A stretch of DNA of 63,945 nucleotides, the filler included, from an uncultured bacterium (lineage in GTDB: Bacteria; Auribacterota; CAZIXI01), in assembly GCA_964543115.1 (NCBI GenBank). It is 3 parts of 3 records of this genome, joined end to end, with 100 filler letters (N's around TTAATTAATTAA, not from the genome) between each part and the next. Parts side by side here need not be neighbours in the genome. Positions count along the whole stretch, not along the records: positions 1 to 28,362 come from CAZIXI010000009.1; 2 more parts are not named here. One strand, 5' to 3'. The notes under the pieces were generated by a model. The model had not been told where the DNA came from. It saw nothing but the letters and a program-made list of their open reading frames with translations, and searched no databases. Both the position numbers and the translations under genes were made by a program. Positions 11,001-19,700 of this stretch are shown piece after piece; position 1 is the stretch's first letter; every line of letters begins with the position of its first letter.

Positions 11001-13615
11001 AAGATGAGCAAGCGGCAGTGCTTAGAGATATGGAAAAAAGAATCTGGAAATATGCTGGACCTGTTAGCAAAAGTGCAGCAGATGCATATAGCAAGTTAGT
11101 TTCGCAATGGCTAACAGATGAGGATGAAGATACTGTGGAAATTGATGAAGGAATTTCTGCTCGGGTAAGTTCATTGATGGAAGAAATCGCTGAGTTGCAC
11201 AATCAATTTGATGCGTTCTGGCAAGAAGGGGAGCCTTCTACTGCCTGGCGAGAAAAAATGACTCTGATTCAGGCGCAAAAAATGCTGAAAGAGGCAACTT
11301 TGAGAGCATTATTAGAAGAATATCAACTAGTTGAGGAGCTGAGGCAGTTTGAGATTATGGAAGCAAAAGCAGAACTTAAAAAACTGCGGTATATGTTACG
11401 GTTTGTAAAAGAAACGGGAACGGATAAGGTTACCGAAGCCTTCCTGCAAGAAAGGATAGGAGAACTAAGAGAGGAGATAAGGATCTTGCTGAATGCACCT
11501 GAAGCAGAAACTGCAGATGAAACAGAGGCAGACAAAGACGCCCATGATGCCGGTGTTGATGAAGAAGCGGATGAAGAAATCGCCGAGCGGATAGGTTTTC
11601 TGATGGAGCAAATTATTGCGCTGCACAGAGAATATGATGATTTATGGAAAAGCGGAAGTCCTTGTGATGGCTGGAGAATGGAATTGGCCTTGAAAGAGGC
11701 GCTGGCAGAAATATCTACGAGGGAGTTAAAGAGAATATTAAGGGAACACGGGCTGGGGAAAGAGATGAGAATGCTGGAAATCGCGGAGACGGAAGCCGAG
11801 TTGAAAAAACAGCGGTATATGCTGGATTTTACGGATAAAACGGGTACGGATACATTAGCTGCCCATGTGCTGCGGGAAAGAATAGTAAGAATAGAAATAA
11901 AACTGACGCGCCTGCGGAATGATGATGATGACAAAGATGCACATGATGCGGGGATAGATGAAGAGGCAGAGGAAGCTGCTATCGCGGAATTAGCGGTCAT
12001 GCTGCATATTCTGCCAAGGGAACTCGAAGATATACTGCTTATGGATGATAATCTGGAGTTGATGAATGCCTTAATTAAACTACTCAAGGCTGACGGTGTA
12101 ATTACAGAGGCAGAGTTACGGATGATTGTTGCCAAGGCGGAATTGGTGGATGCTGTGTTTATGGAAGCAAATATTTTGGATGGCAATCTGCTTGCGCCGG
12201 AGATAAAGGAAAAAGTAACAATGTTTTTAGCCTGTAGAGAGCTGGAGGATGCTGCTCGGCCGCAGTTTATTAATACGTTGCGGGAAAAGCTAGAAGAACG
12301 GGCGGAACGGGTTGGTGCTTACAGCAGTTATATTCCCGCAGCCATCAACCATCTTTGTAATGAAATAACTGCCTTTGTTAAAGTTGACGGGAATTGGCAG
12401 CCAACAAGGTATTTCTCTGCTTTTATCGAATCGTTACGGGAATCATTGGATATTGCTGCGGATTCAGAACTTGCTTCAAATATTCTACTAAATAATCTTA
12501 TTGTCTATCTCTATGCCCAGGCAGTTGTTGCTGATGCCTTTGCGGTTAATGAAGATCGGGTGGATTTGAGTGCCGGCGATTTTGAGGAAATAATCAACCG
12601 CTATGTGCAGCAGCGGGATGAAAGACATGGCGCGGGTATTGTTGGTGTTCTGGCCCTGGATCTGGCGGCTCCCGGCAGTGTTAATGTATCTGCAGAAGCA
12701 AGAAAGAGCATAAAAAAACTTAAAAGCAGAAAGGACTTAGCCGACAGAAATTTTGGGGCAGAGGCCTCAGCCGCGATGTCAAAGGAAACAGTTGAAGAAG
12801 ATATAGTTAATCAAGAAATGCGTTCCCAGAGGGTTGCTGATGTGACAGCAGCACAAACTATCGGTAAGAATCACCAAGAAATCCTGATAACTTATAATCA
12901 GCAGGGAGAAAAGTTGCGAGCAGAATGCGGCCTGGGCTCAGAGACTGTTGAGCTTGATGTACAAGATACAACTTTTGCCTATGATGTTACTTCTATTTTT
13001 GGCGGAATGAACGAGGTTTTAGATGAAGATGAAAAACTCTATCAAATAAACACTTTAAGTAAAACCATGCTCTGGCTACTGCGGCAGGTAGAGGAATCCA
13101 GCCAGCAGACCAACAACAAAAACCTATTTGTTATTGATTCTGCCAGCCAAAGGGAAGGCTTAATCGCTTTTCTGCAAGAACAGGAGATTACAGTTACTGA
13201 GGAACAGTTTGTTTTGAAAGCAGATTACCTAGCAACACGGGAAAGAGATTCTAATAAGGTAGTCGCACTTTTCGGTGCGCAATTAGGAGCACTAGCCGGA
13301 AGACATCGAGAAGGAGACCGGGTATTGATAGCTCAACAGGAAGATAATGATTTCATGTTGCTGGCCAATATGGCGCTGGTGGCGGCAACAACAGATGAAG
13401 TGGAAGGTGAAAACGGCCTCCGGGCCAGGTTCCGGGATTTGTTTCAGGCCTACTTCAAAGGAACGTTAAGCACTGAGGATATTGAAGCACTGTTAGAAAA
13501 TATTGACTCAGTAGCTGGTGTAATAAAAATTATGTTGCCGCCGATTTCGCCGTTTGTCAGTGAATATTACAATGCCCTGAAGCTGGCCAGGGAAATAATC
13601 TCTAAATCAGCGTAA
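5096..13615 (+). CDS. Giant modular exported protein G1 (2839 aa): signal peptide, putative TIKI/ChaN-like N-domain, RelA/SpoT-type HD domain, 40-aa helical repeats, duplicated helical domain, recurring DAHDAG linkers
   Basis: 8.5-kb uninterrupted ORF with strong RBS; signal-like RIIAALVVVCFFTNSIAA; motifs IHIQDAH, VEGAVG, ISGGFHT; HPMEVA...LHDVVEDT...VKLFD; WITD repeats. Confidence 0.85.
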   Translation: MNIFSLTKRSIYRIIAALVVVCFFTNSIAAGPLSSSAVTISQTVTLAPKIDKTLDICIPENFGTIVKKFLPKSRVNNKFIIHIQDAHCNYEAQHNIAKMLELLARDYQVGLVAVEGAVGDMDLGRFGKLTDEESKKRAADLFVKQGIVTGPEYLQITKYNELPFGLYGVEDGQLYVKNFMSFRDTMSRSAETKYFTTEIKKIAEQLKEKIYSEELQTLIKQIQAYSRNKLPLRDYIEWLAGKIVIDARQDPNLSILLQSVRIEKQLDFKQVEKERELLIRDMEDNAPQEDFAELVKKTMKYKLGKLSSADYYGYLGQLLKTRSENYKQLEKYIQLVKLNEGLDQREFFRELARAEEEAKANCFRNDLERELDRLCRKIDILDKLFQLQLRREDLDFFKNNKEEFSADSLVSFVRTQAPLHKLSLPPAFNGEEFLRKIDGYIVPGEIFYQQAVARDRVLVANTLEKMEREGTDTAVMISGGFHTAGITEIIEDKGIGYLVVSPKITKVQEESPYLSLMMNKYMKDTSQHRNLAFVQLLGEGEAQVAEIINPLGITAWQKMLRDDFVKEYLRTGEGEESLSQAGLSAEEIEMIKRLRAEIASSGSSVTAVKVLGEIISIAGGSAEAESSLSEEELQQANALRSELWKQVSARAFSELEINQVRVALDLLFEKQLTQRRKDGVIYALHPMEVALNLIATLTNAPHYLVVSAILHDVVEDTDVSITDINRLFGADAARIIAGVTKDDIDESAGMSDEEKAVEEILLRQKKVLAAIRDDEIFYVKLFDLETNALALRNLNSKPQIQARLANKYLELVKQFAHKARQLGLTQKAEQYEAAIAEIEGYAKNWEHYDAFQQALAAADKDAHDGGVDNERAVVDTIIEKIISLEVVCTRLVLFGYRTQIREKDSDAMAEQVKKYLLELIMLLGLEGLDQEKTVKSFYDAITQVRAKMTQYVSGDEENKLRIYEAALKHMLGSVADGTDIREFLVFPSRDKDEDEEPGPGKFPKRHLNLDQLDGVWEDDLAFTAAIKAMEDGRPNDAGIGCGGRITEAERNKRLRKLIEDGRVVDFTPDGRVIALTLVQGQVMAEEELLEHRHVDLRKKTIQVQHLLESMAQEVERTGRVPQLLKDRDFFTDEYLSQNGLTIDKIIQLFAKVRAARLRRIGKAHFLNEDETDEKKTVLAGAGRGINYGDYGRVWIGEHALRILSVEEIVELILDEGLHMLMPEAEDYTPDKPEFYEHGARKGQKIQYIYHNMASLRAKVRKVRTEKRKLLASQKHAHDAGVDEDFEEDDKGVYYLKDPYLCEEIVHSGLEALLRDHGRGDYEEEQEALFGLLNLLEERDLIDYVEIANDHDDDNDTYAFFVAIVHDAGTHAAYAFNALREYVESGGSVDFDYAGSNLWTIRELGGISIGDGLHTFRILGKYDIDMTADDVADLFPTMGTEDIHRNNGHRKTLLEAADKLLEGLPLDSVRELVKDRIITEEFLALLFFDYEICLSLKGFLNAAVMYFSAVGDESAGLIERFVTELNGVFEEKEEELWAQAISELTTRFSLAIGERRDAHDAGVDEEEITATQENKREEMLRRLRGKLRDDDYHCRLQALEVYTRLTLEWITDKDRQKEILHEITEMMHGDGNGIVRKQALESYRRLALKWITDIDQRRFVLQEMKAILWGRKAYTQVSALALAWIVDKDQQKEMLAEVKEVFTGSGAFAPVRADALGAYCRLALVWITEDGEKEEVLYKLEEEFWDNNSAFSTEAMDEFSSLFLQWVTDSEKQKKLLNRIREAFWHPETYSRKRALALYCRLAPDWITDKDEQKVMLEIIRTLLWDSNELVRPDALATYGKLALAWITDEGEQQEALIDIRKGIWHSDDLVYMTAAETYSKLALGWITDQRAKEEVLQELEKRFSANYNYKNLHALVVYGKLVLKWTTDESKQRHELDKMTKLFWGTNHNLRAVAIEVFSKLARPWITDKDEQAAVLRDMEKRIWKYAGPVSKSAADAYSKLVSQWLTDEDEDTVEIDEGISARVSSLMEEIAELHNQFDAFWQEGEPSTAWREKMTLIQAQKMLKEATLRALLEEYQLVEELRQFEIMEAKAELKKLRYMLRFVKETGTDKVTEAFLQERIGELREEIRILLNAPEAETADETEADKDAHDAGVDEEADEEIAERIGFLMEQIIALHREYDDLWKSGSPCDGWRMELALKEALAEISTRELKRILREHGLGKEMRMLEIAETEAELKKQRYMLDFTDKTGTDTLAAHVLRERIVRIEIKLTRLRNDDDDKDAHDAGIDEEAEEAAIAELAVMLHILPRELEDILLMDDNLELMNALIKLLKADGVITEAELRMIVAKAELVDAVFMEANILDGNLLAPEIKEKVTMFLACRELEDAARPQFINTLREKLEERAERVGAYSSYIPAAINHLCNEITAFVKVDGNWQPTRYFSAFIESLRESLDIAADSELASNILLNNLIVYLYAQAVVADAFAVNEDRVDLSAGDFEEIINRYVQQRDERHGAGIVGVLALDLAAPGSVNVSAEARKSIKKLKSRKDLADRNFGAEASAAMSKETVEEDIVNQEMRSQRVADVTAAQTIGKNHQEILITYNQQGEKLRAECGLGSETVELDVQDTTFAYDVTSIFGGMNEVLDEDEKLYQINTLSKTMLWLLRQVEESSQQTNNKNLFVIDSASQREGLIAFLQEQEITVTEEQFVLKADYLATRERDSNKVVALFGAQLGALAGRHREGDRVLIAQQEDNDFMLLANMALVAATTDEVEGENGLRARFRDLFQAYFKGTLSTEDIEALLENIDSVAGVIKIMLPPISPFVSEYYNALKLAREIISKSA
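7670..11965 (+). repeat. Five dispersed in-frame copies of a linker encoding (D/H)AHD(A/G)G(V/I)D(E/N)
   Basis: Copies near 7670, 8915, 9761, 11531 and 11930 (e.g. gacgcccatgatgcgggggtggatgaa); degenerate ERHGAG near 12620. Confidence 0.85.
9880..11130 (+). repeat. Eleven HEAT-like helical repeats (LALxWITD core) inside G1; last eight with exact 120-bp period
   Basis: Trp codon TGG at 10268, 10388, 10508, 10628, 10748, 10868, 10988, 11108; earlier copies at 9917, 10040, 10142. Confidence 0.85.
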
Positions 13616-13631
13616 GCTCATTTAGAGATTA
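13596..13631 (+). terminator. 12-bp perfect stem-loop overlapping the G1 stop codon (terminator or mRNA-stability element)
   Basis: taatctctaaat-N12-atttagagatta; no strong U-tract, so function is uncertain. Confidence 0.4.
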
Positions 13632-13718
13632 ATAATTTCAGTAAAAAATCATAAGTGAGACCAAAATCTGTACCAAGGGAAGAGGGATTTTTGTGTCTCA
13701 TACCCGATAGAGGTTAGA

Positions 13719-16700
13719 ATGACAATAATAAAACGAATTATATCACTAACAACTACTGTTGTTGTTTTATCTTCTTCTTTGGTCTTTTCTGCTGCTGAAA
13801 ATGATTGCCGTAAAAACACTCTGGCAGTGAATTCCGCTTTTGATAAGGATCCAAGGAATAATGACTGGGTAGGCGATTTAAGCAAGTACGTTGAAGCAAG
13901 CGACCCGCCCGCAAAATTGAGCTGGCTGAGAATCCCGGTAAGACATTCCGGGGATTTTGAGTGGTGTTTCACGGGAAAGGTAAAGCAGCAACCAAGAAGA
14001 AGTGGTCTCCCTGTGCGGAAAAGGCGCAGAATTGGGACTCTTCTGGAAGTGAAAGAAATAATGATTAATAATCCTCGTACAAGAATTGTCGAAGAGCTAA
14101 TGTTCGATAATAATCTGTTTAGACTCTATTCAGACAAGAACATAGATGCTTATATCCCTATAAGTAGCTTTGTTTATTTATTGGCAAACGCCCTGGAAAA
14201 CGCTCTGCTTAGAGCACGAGAAATGGGCTTAAGTCCTGACATCAGAAATCTTCCGGAAGAACAGCTCTTTATTGCTTTACTGGAAAAGTCCACCCACTTT
14301 GCCGAGGATCATACGGGTAACGGATTTATTGGTATCCACAGACACGCGCTGGCGAAGTATTCCTGGATCAAGCGCAAGGTAGATCAAGAGCAGGCAGACA
14401 GCTATTTGCAGTTACTGCTTGAACACGAACTTATTCATGAGCTGACAGGGATTGGCGATGAAATAGAGGCATTACTGGTCCTCGAAGATATGAAGCAGCT
14501 GTCTTTGGCCGATGACCGGGTGCAGGATCTTTTACTGCCGCACAAAAGAGGCATTTCCACTCATTTTCGTAGCATCAGGAAAGTATATGAGGGTGACTCA
14601 TCTATCGGTATAAATTTGCGTGATTTTCAGGGCAAGAATATCTTTCTAGGAAATGTATTTCGCACAGCAGCAGGGGTTTATCGATATGAGCACTTGGAAA
14701 TGTATCATAATCTGCGGCTTGAACGCGGCAAAATATATATCATAGGCAGGAATCCGGAATGGATCCCTGAAATAACCGAACCCATCACCATCGCTTCTCC
14801 TAATCCAGCATTAGCCAGACATACCTTAGCGCTTTATGTTACAGCCAGCGGCAGATTACAGGTTATTGATCTGCAGCATCGTGAAAAACAGAGCAAGCTG
14901 GAAGTGGAACCGCTGCTGCGTTCGTCGAAAGATGATTTTGAAAAAGTTGACACAGCCAGTAGCCTTATCCATAGCTGCCGAAGAAAATTGGTGGAAAGCG
15001 GCATTGATGCCGCGGTCTCTGATGATGATGTCTGCTGTGATTCTTCCCTGCTTAATGGCGTGCGTTATGAGTTGCGTTTGCACACGGTGCACAATCCTGT
15101 TTTTGGTATTGTAATCAGCCGGGAAGATGATGGAGAAAGGAGACAGCTTTTCATGACGCCATCAGGAAATACGGTTCAATTGCCGCCTGCCGGCGGTTGG
15201 CTGCTAGTGGGCAGAAATAATAAAAGTGATGTGATACTGGCCCCTGCTGATTTTGGCGTAATGTTTCGCGAAGATTGGCGTTATTTGTCCCGGGTGCACT
15301 GCGCAGTACGGTTTGATCCGGTCAGTAAAAATCTGCAAGTGGTTAATTTATCAGCTAATGGTACAAAGGTAAATATGGTTTTAATCAATGCCCGTGCAGA
15401 AAATCTTAGTGAATTACTGCTTCGGGGACGAGAAATGGAACTTGAACCGGGAACATATATTGTCGGCGACGAGAGCAGCAAGAAGCAAATGGTGTTTTAT
15501 GGCAGAAACGGCCGTCCGGTTTCGTTAGAGCTAAGAAAGCATGGTTTACTGAAGCTGGATGACGGCAGTTATTTAGTAGATACCGGCATTCTGGAAGTGA
15601 CAAAGGTCAGGCGAAGGAAGTCGCCGGACGATTTGGGCACGGTAAAAATAGAAAGTGACATGCGAGGAAGCACGATAGAAATTAATCTTCGTGAGATACC
15701 GCTTGATGAAACCGGCCGGGCGGTGGTGACAATGCCGTTTAAGAAAGATCAGATGGGCGGAAAAATGTGTCAGGGAGAAGAAATCTCCTGGGATATGGAC
15801 TATAGCTATATGCAGGTAAAATACAATCAGCTTTATCTTTTGCCCTGGATAGAACGGGCGGAACAAATAGGACGCACCGTAAAAGATGAGGATCGAAAAT
15901 ACGAAGAAATAAAGAAGCTGGTGCGCAGGGCATTGCCCAGAACATTGAAGAAGGCACGGGGAAGAAAAAGGGCGATCGTAATGGTGGATGATTTCTCGGA
16001 CCAGGTACTGCCGGGGGATCATGTGCCCATGGGGTTTTTCCTGGTAAATTCTGATCGTTCCGGTGGATTGGGAGGCGCTGGTGTGTGCCGGCATTACGCG
16101 TTTCTTTTTGAAAAATTGGCCGAACATGCGGGCTTGACCGGTGTATCAACAAGGATCGGTCGGGGCTGGCGGGAACGCCATGCCTGGAACTATAAGGATT
16201 TTAGTGATGGCCGACTTGTGGAGCTGGATATTTTTAATGATCGCGAGACTCCCCTGGTTGTGCATAAAGAAAACGGCGAGCAAAGGGCAGAAGGCGGTTT
16301 ATTTGAAGAAACAGAAATGACCATTCATCCCAGGCTGACAAAAAGTGGTGTGCACATCAGTTATGCTGCTGATCCCCGTCAGCCGCTCTATACCATGGTG
16401 CTGGATGGATTGGCCGGCAGTATAGTTAATGTGCAGCTAACGCTTCGTCTCAGGAGAACACTTCTTGATTCTGAGGGCAACTATCGTCTGTATTATGACG
16501 CTCAAACAGGCGCCTTTTCTTATGAAAGACTGGCTGCTGACGGCAGTGCAGCTAATGATGAAGACACTCTTATTGCCGGAAATCTGGAAGAAACTGATCC
16601 AATAAAGGAGAGAAAAGGCATTCTTAATTCCCTTGCCGGATTGCTTGTACGTCCCATAAGAGCTTCTGCCCCAATACACGCGCTGGAGCAATCAATCTAA
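13719..16700 (+). CDS. Exported multidomain protein G2 (993 aa): HExxH motif, FHA domain(s), transglutaminase/EDR1-like Cys-His-Asp domain
   Basis: Signal peptide; EHELIHE; FHA LLVGRN...LSRVHC...SANGT; GVCRHYAFLFEKLA...RHAWN...LDIFN. Confidence 0.75.
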   Translation: MTIIKRIISLTTTVVVLSSSLVFSAAENDCRKNTLAVNSAFDKDPRNNDWVGDLSKYVEASDPPAKLSWLRIPVRHSGDFEWCFTGKVKQQPRRSGLPVRKRRRIGTLLEVKEIMINNPRTRIVEELMFDNNLFRLYSDKNIDAYIPISSFVYLLANALENALLRAREMGLSPDIRNLPEEQLFIALLEKSTHFAEDHTGNGFIGIHRHALAKYSWIKRKVDQEQADSYLQLLLEHELIHELTGIGDEIEALLVLEDMKQLSLADDRVQDLLLPHKRGISTHFRSIRKVYEGDSSIGINLRDFQGKNIFLGNVFRTAAGVYRYEHLEMYHNLRLERGKIYIIGRNPEWIPEITEPITIASPNPALARHTLALYVTASGRLQVIDLQHREKQSKLEVEPLLRSSKDDFEKVDTASSLIHSCRRKLVESGIDAAVSDDDVCCDSSLLNGVRYELRLHTVHNPVFGIVISREDDGERRQLFMTPSGNTVQLPPAGGWLLVGRNNKSDVILAPADFGVMFREDWRYLSRVHCAVRFDPVSKNLQVVNLSANGTKVNMVLINARAENLSELLLRGREMELEPGTYIVGDESSKKQMVFYGRNGRPVSLELRKHGLLKLDDGSYLVDTGILEVTKVRRRKSPDDLGTVKIESDMRGSTIEINLREIPLDETGRAVVTMPFKKDQMGGKMCQGEEISWDMDYSYMQVKYNQLYLLPWIERAEQIGRTVKDEDRKYEEIKKLVRRALPRTLKKARGRKRAIVMVDDFSDQVLPGDHVPMGFFLVNSDRSGGLGGAGVCRHYAFLFEKLAEHAGLTGVSTRIGRGWRERHAWNYKDFSDGRLVELDIFNDRETPLVVHKENGEQRAEGGLFEETEMTIHPRLTKSGVHISYAADPRQPLYTMVLDGLAGSIVNVQLTLRLRRTLLDSEGNYRLYYDAQTGAFSYERLAADGSAANDEDTLIAGNLEETDPIKERKGILNSLAGLLVRPIRASAPIHALEQSI

Positions 16701-16719
16701 CTCGGGCAATAATAATAAA

Positions 16720-19700
16720 ATGACTACCGACAAAAGAAAAAATGGCCGATTTAATTATTTTATTACTGTTCTGACGGCAGCGGCATTACTCTGCCAAAAT
16801 ATTGCCTGGGCGGTGCCGGAACTTAGTGGAGAAAAATTAGCACCCCAGTCAGTGTTTACAGCAAATCAGGAGATAGAGCAAGACAAAAAATCTTCTGGTG
16901 CGTTTAAAAATCTGGGTCCCGCGCTAACAGAAGAAAAGATTGCTGAACTTGAGAAGAAAGAGCCTGAATGGCGGAAACTTATTCCGACTGAGATTATTGA
17001 ATTTCCCTTCATGATAAATAAACGCGGCGGCCAGCCGGGAGAAAAAGAAACTGTGTTAATTCCGGTAAAATTTATTACGGTAAATGATTTACCGGCCTCT
17101 GTCAATGCCTGGAGTTTTCGCGAAGATAAAGAAGATGATGAAAGCCTGCTTGTGATCGTCAGCCGTCATCCGCCCTGGGCCCAATGCTTTGAGGAACTGG
17201 TCTATCATGAAGATAGGGAGCATCATTGGTTGAACTCCGGCGGGCAAAACCGCAGAAACGCCCACATTCTTGCCTGCGCGGAACAGGTGCTGGCCTTTTA
17301 TCGGGAAGGAAGAATAAACTCATATCATAAAAAACAGTTGGAGTCGATGTCAGTTGAATACCTCAACACTCTTATGGATGAATATGACTCTGGGGAAAGA
17401 GACCACTTACATTACCCGCTGCTGGAAAAACACTTCAGCGAAGGGGATATAGCACTTATAAAAGAATACGAAAAATTTTTGCGAAACCGTATTGTTCTGT
17501 TAAGGCTGGAAAGACAGGTGGAGTCACTGGCCAGAGCACATCGTTGGGACAACAAAACCAAAAAAAGTGCTCTTTCTGCGGCCAGAGAATTATTTGAGGC
17601 AGGAATGTTAAGGAGAAATAATTTGAATAGGGTTAAGGCACTATTTGCAGCAATTGCCAGCAAGGGAGAAAAAAGAGCAAAAGATGTATTTGGATCTATT
17701 GACACTATTGCCAGAACAGTTAAAGAAGAAGATTTAAGCAAAAATATATTGGATATTGACCTTCTTAAAACAGTAACGGAAAAGGCGGGCCCAAATGCCA
17801 GAGGTGCCTATATAGATCTTTGGATTTTAGCGGAAACGGTTAAGGAAAATGAATTGAGTGCTGATATTATTGCTCCAAGACTGCTTAAGGCAATAGCCGA
17901 AAGCGCAGCTGAACATACAGAGCGAGCCTATACCGCCTACAGAAACCTGGTGGAAATTGGCACGATAACCAAGCGCAATCTAGACAGGGCAGAGGTTTTA
18001 ATGAAAAAAATAGCGGCAATAGGCGGTAAGCAGGCAAGTGAAGCATTTGAAATCTTTAAATGGCAGGCCAATGTTGTGAAAAGCGGGAAAATAGACAAGA
18101 AAGTATTTGATTTGGAATTACTAATTACAATAGTGGATAGGGCAGGCAAGCGCGCTGAAAGTGTCTACAGTTCTCTTATTCATCTGGCAAAAAACGTCAG
18201 AGAGCAGGAGTTAAACGATATAGTGCTAGATATTGAGCTTCTTAAAACAATAGCGGAAAAGGCGGGAGAAGGGGCAAATAAAGCCTATATTTCTCTTTTA
18301 GTTTTGGCAAAAACCGTTAAAAGAGAACAACTAAGCATGAATATCCTTGCCCCAGCTTTGTTGAAGGCAATAGCGGAAAGTGCGGGCGAGTATGTGGAAG
18401 AGGCATATGACGCATACAGGAATTTGGTAGCTTTAAATATAATCACTGAAGATAATTTAGACAGAGTAGAGGATTTATTTAATAAGATAGCCGCAATAGG
18501 CGGCTGGCAAGCAATTGAGATATACAAAGAACTTAGTTTGCCTATTCGCTTGGCTGCGCAAAATACAGTGGCTGGAATCGGAATAGAGTTGGAATCACTG
18601 TTGTCAATGGTGGAGGGCAAAAGTGATACGGAAGTTTCATTTATCCGTTTTGACCTGGCCCTGTCAGTTGCTGGCGGATTGGTTGCCGCTGTTTTGGCGT
18701 GGCTGGTATTTTCCCCTGTTGGCTTAACAGTCTTGCTGGCAAATATCCCTTTTAATGTTTGGCTAACAACCATCATCTTGATCATTTCATTATTATCTCC
18801 CTGGCTGACCCATGAATTCTTCGGACACTTATTTTTGGGTAGAATTTTAGCTAAAGTTTTTGTTAAAAAATACGGCTATCCTGCAGTTCGTATCCATCCC
18901 CATATGTTTTGGACAGAAATTAAAACTCGGCAAAAGCCCGAATCATTATCAGAAGAACAGAAAACAAAGGTTCAGCAATTGAAAAAGGTTGTGGCTGTGC
19001 TGGGACCGACAGCTAATTTCATTATGTTTTGGACAGGATTAACGCTTATTTTTACGGTCAGCAATCCCTTGCTGCTTATGTGTGCGGTTTATATTTCAAT
19101 ATCTAATCTGATCGCCCAATGTATCAGCATGATTCCGGTGGGAAAAGTTCCCGTTCCGGCAATCAGTAGATGGCGAAGGCTTTCGGGGCGGCAAAGCGAC
19201 GGGGGAATAATATTTAATCAGAAAATATTAACTGGGGAATTATTGAAAAAAGAAATTAGCCACAGATTAAGATATGATTTAGAGAAGGACCATTTTCCCT
19301 CTCTTAGAAGAGAGGATATTTTTGCAGAGATAAAAAGGGATTATCCATATCTCAGAAGCAACTGGGGAAGAGATCTTTTTAGCAGGGCCTTGGAAGAATT
19401 GATAGATGAGGGCATAATTATGCGTCTAAGCTTTTCACAAAGATGGATTCTAAATGAACAAGTGGATATCCTTGTCGAAAGAATGAAGATCATCCCCTTA
19501 GATCCCAGTATTACTGGAATAAGCATTGCCGGCACCAAGTATATCCTGGCGGCAGATAAGGACAACTTGATAGTAGACGAGCGAATTGTGGAAGTTTTCA
19601 CTTACCGCACAAAAAAGGCATTGACCAAAGATGATGTGGTTGGATTGGTAGAAAGAGTGTATTTCACAAAAGAAGGAGACGAAAAGACACAGAAAAAGAA

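Noticed and set aside
11323..12186. 287-aa minus-strand ORF and the many other short antisense ORFs within G1-G4
   Set aside because: Ser/Ile-rich shadows of the Glu/Asp-rich sense frame; no RBS or recognisable motifs.
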